DNA from: Candidatus Marinacidobacterales bacterium
Lineage (GTDB): Bacteria; Acidobacteriota; Vicinamibacteria; Marinacidobacterales; DATDRI01
Direction of reading: 5' to 3'
Length of the DNA stretch: 64,000 bases
NCBI GenBank assembly: GCA_965219415.1
Contig: CBDCNP010000002.1
Location: forward strand, 32,001-96,000
Shown: piece after piece, positions 61,683 to 64,000 of the stretch
How positions within the stretch are numbered: position 1 is the first letter of the stretch
How the letters are laid out: each line of letters opens with the position of its first letter
Position numbers and translations under genes: made by a program
The notes under the pieces: generated by a model
Database searches by the model: none
Seen by the model: only the letters and a program-made list of their open reading frames with translations
What the model was told of the DNA's origin: nothing

Positions 61683-62117
61683 ATGAGTCGATTTACCACG
61701 TCCCGGACTATAAACGCTCCGCTCGATCGAATCTTCGAAACGATATCCGACATCAACAACTACTCGAAGGCGGTCCCGCACGTTACCAAGGCGGAAATAC
61801 TGTCGGAGGTTCAGGCAGGGGTAGGGACCCGTTTCCGGGAGACCCGGGTAATGGATGGCAAGGAGACGACGACCGAGCTTGAGGTAACAGAGTATGCCAA
61901 GAACGACTGCATTCGCATGGTCGCCGATAGCCACGGGACGGTATGGGACTCGTTGTTCACCGTGAAGTCGGTCGAAGGGAAGACCTAGTTAACACTGACG
62001 ATGGATGCGAAGTCCCATACCCTAGCAGCAAAACTCATGACCAAGGTGATCGGGGGCATGATCCAGAAGGGACTCGAAAAGGATATGGATTGCCTGAAAG
62101 CCTATTGCGAAGAATGA
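61683..62117 (+). pseudogene. SRPBCC/START-family protein with in-frame TAG at 61986-61988
   Basis: SRTINAP, GVGTRFRETR; the frame continues LTLTMDAK...IQKGLEKDMDCLKAYCEE. Confidence 0.85.
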
Positions 62118-62160
62118 CCAAAACCCGGGCAGAACACTAGACCTGAACATTCCTTGACCC

Positions 62161-63762
62161 TTGGGGCCATCACTGGGAAGCAAAGTCGGCGGTACCTATG
62201 CGAAGTACGTGCTCTTCGTGCTCGTCTTGGTGTATATCGCCAACTTTGTCGATCGGCTCATCATTTCCATCGTCGCAGAGGAGATCAAGGCGGACCTCGG
62301 GATCACTGACGCTCAGTTAGGCTTCCTTTCCGGTACTGCCTTCGCCGTTTTCTACGCGGTCTTCGGCCTTCCCCTCGGAAGACTCGCGGATCTCTGGGTC
62401 CGAAAATCACTCATCTCCATCGGCCTAGTATTCTGGAGCGCGATGACGGCGCTTTCGGGTACGGCGAGGAGTTTTCCTCAGCTCGCGGTCTACCGGTTCG
62501 GCGTTGGCGTTGGGGAAGCGAGCGCATCGCCGGCCGCGTTTTCCATCCTATCCGATTACTTCTCCCCGAAAGTACGGGCCACCGTCCTCGCTATCTATAC
62601 CAGCGGCGGCTATGTGGGGATTGGATTGGGCATTTTCGCGGGGGGATGGATCGTCGACGGTTGGAAGGCGACCTACACTGTGCCGGGAACTGCGCCCCTC
62701 GGCCTGGCGGCCTGGCAGGCGGTTTTCCTCATTGTAGGCCTGCCCGGGATCTTGCTTTCGGTTTGGGTGGCTACGCTGGTGGAACCGCGGCGGGGTCAAA
62801 GTGAGGGCATCTACACGGCCGCTCACCCGCACCCGTTCAGGGATGCGGGACGCGAACTGATGGCCATCCTGCCTCCATTTACCTTTTACAAATTGTATCA
62901 GTCCAAGCGTGGCACCCAGGCCCTAGCCACCAATCTCGGATTCTTATTCCTGCTCTTCGCCGGAGGCACCGCACTTACATCGCTCACTGGTAACGCCCAC
63001 CAGTGGGCCGTGGTTGGGGCCGGCTTCTATGCGACCTTCTCCTGGTTGCAGAATCTCGCCATCCGCGACCCACCAACCTTTACCATGATGTTCCGATCGA
63101 AGGCGTTTCTATATTCCGTGATCGGCTTTCCCTCCATCTCCTTCGTTGGCTATGGGGTGTTGTTCTGGACGCCGGCGTTTTTCATTCGAGCCCATGGTGT
63201 GGACGCAAGCGAGGTAGGAACCGTCGCCGGCTTGTCGATGATGGTAGGTGGCGCTCTCGGAGCTGTTTTGGGCGGCATCTGGGCAGACCGATGGAAGAAG
63301 ACGAATCCGCGAGCAAGGATACTCATAGGGCTCGTAACCGTCGCGCTTACCGCGCCGGCGGCGGTGGTCCTCCTGACGGCCCGCGGTGTGCACCTGGCTT
63401 ACGTTGCGAATTTCCTTTTCACGGGCTTTTCGGCGATTTGGGTCGGTGCGGCTACGAGCACCATCAATGATCTGGTCATGCCGCGGATGCGGGCCGTCGC
63501 CTCGGCATTCTACTTCTTGATGAATACGCTGGTAGGACTGGCCTTGGGCCCGTTCATGGTAGGGCAGGTGTCGGATTGGCTCACGGTGCAAGGGTATCCG
63601 GCAGTGGAATCTCTGCGAGTAGGGCTGCTATCGTGTCTGTTGTTCTTGTTGGTGCCGACCATTTGTTTCATCGCCTGTTTGAGGCATATCGAAGCGGACG
63701 AGAAGAACCGGCTAGCACGGGCATCTCGTGCCGGCGAAGAAGACCTCCAATTGGCTGAGTAA
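62161..63762 (+). CDS. spinster-like MFS transporter
   Basis: NFVDRLIISI, LGRLADLWVR, GVGVGEA, EPRRG. Confidence 0.92.
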   Translation: MGPSLGSKVGGTYAKYVLFVLVLVYIANFVDRLIISIVAEEIKADLGITDAQLGFLSGTAFAVFYAVFGLPLGRLADLWVRKSLISIGLVFWSAMTALSGTARSFPQLAVYRFGVGVGEASASPAAFSILSDYFSPKVRATVLAIYTSGGYVGIGLGIFAGGWIVDGWKATYTVPGTAPLGLAAWQAVFLIVGLPGILLSVWVATLVEPRRGQSEGIYTAAHPHPFRDAGRELMAILPPFTFYKLYQSKRGTQALATNLGFLFLLFAGGTALTSLTGNAHQWAVVGAGFYATFSWLQNLAIRDPPTFTMMFRSKAFLYSVIGFPSISFVGYGVLFWTPAFFIRAHGVDASEVGTVAGLSMMVGGALGAVLGGIWADRWKKTNPRARILIGLVTVALTAPAAVVLLTARGVHLAYVANFLFTGFSAIWVGAATSTINDLVMPRMRAVASAFYFLMNTLVGLALGPFMVGQVSDWLTVQGYPAVESLRVGLLSCLLFLLVPTICFIACLRHIEADEKNRLARASRAGEEDLQLAE

Positions 63763-63783
63763 ACCACGGACGGGAGCGCCTTC

Positions 63784-64000
63784 TTAGGAGATCATCAGAG
63801 ATTCTTCTTCGACCCAGTGCGCAAGTAGTTGGCGTACGCGGTAGGAATCTACGGCGAAGCTGGCTTCGCACTCTGCTGGAGTCGCTCCGGAGGTTACTTT
63901 CTCCCACAGGGCATCGCTGAACTCCTGGTCTTCACCTTCCAAGGGAGTTGTCGGCTTGTCGGTTGTTTTCAGCGGGGCCTCGTCGGGGACCAACGCCGCG
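63784..64000 (-). CDS. 3' end of a hypothetical protein entering from outside the window
   Basis: Frame open from the edge; ends with winged-helix-like DSYRVRQLLAHWVEE. Confidence 0.6.
   Translation of the reverse strand, partial: AALVPDEAPLKTTDKPTTPLEGEDQEFSDALWEKVTSGATPAECEASFAVDSYRVRQLLAHWVEEESLMIS

Noticed and set aside
23717-61988. Stop-codon reassignment or pyrrolysine readthrough suggested by in-frame TAG/TAA codons
   Set aside because: The stops are of mixed type, many intact genes end in TAG or TAA, and no pyl genes are present; error or decay is simpler

Overview
This is a GC-rich bacterial window. The gene repertoire (Ser/Thr kinase-TPR fusions, DUF885, DUF1570-TPR, OmpR-type winged helix) suggests an Acidobacteriota-like lineage, but that is inference. 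It is a gene-dense mosaic. Housekeeping genes: lepA-hemW. Catabolism: a peptide-type ABC importer, a PhyH dioxygenase, an amidohydrolase, an amidase, a PHP-like hydrolase and a divergent AhcY-like enzyme. Defence and conflict: two type II toxin-antitoxin pairs (CopG/RelE, VapBC), and a Sec-signal RHS/YD protein with an unassigned C-terminal domain and no adjacent immunity gene. Envelope: an MBOAT (AlgI-like) + SGNH (AlgJ/AlgX-like) + beta-propeller lipoprotein operon, in which two proteins share an unnamed C-terminal domain. Mobile DNA: an ISL3 with 8-bp target duplication inside a pilT-like gene, and an IS256 without target duplication that splits a TPR gene. There is also a 670-bp hairpin-rich non-coding region. 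About 15 frameshifts, three in-frame stops and three gene-fragment junctions point to sequencing/assembly error, genome decay, or both. No rRNA, tRNA or CRISPR array was seen. All family calls come from motif recognition by eye; no searches were run.
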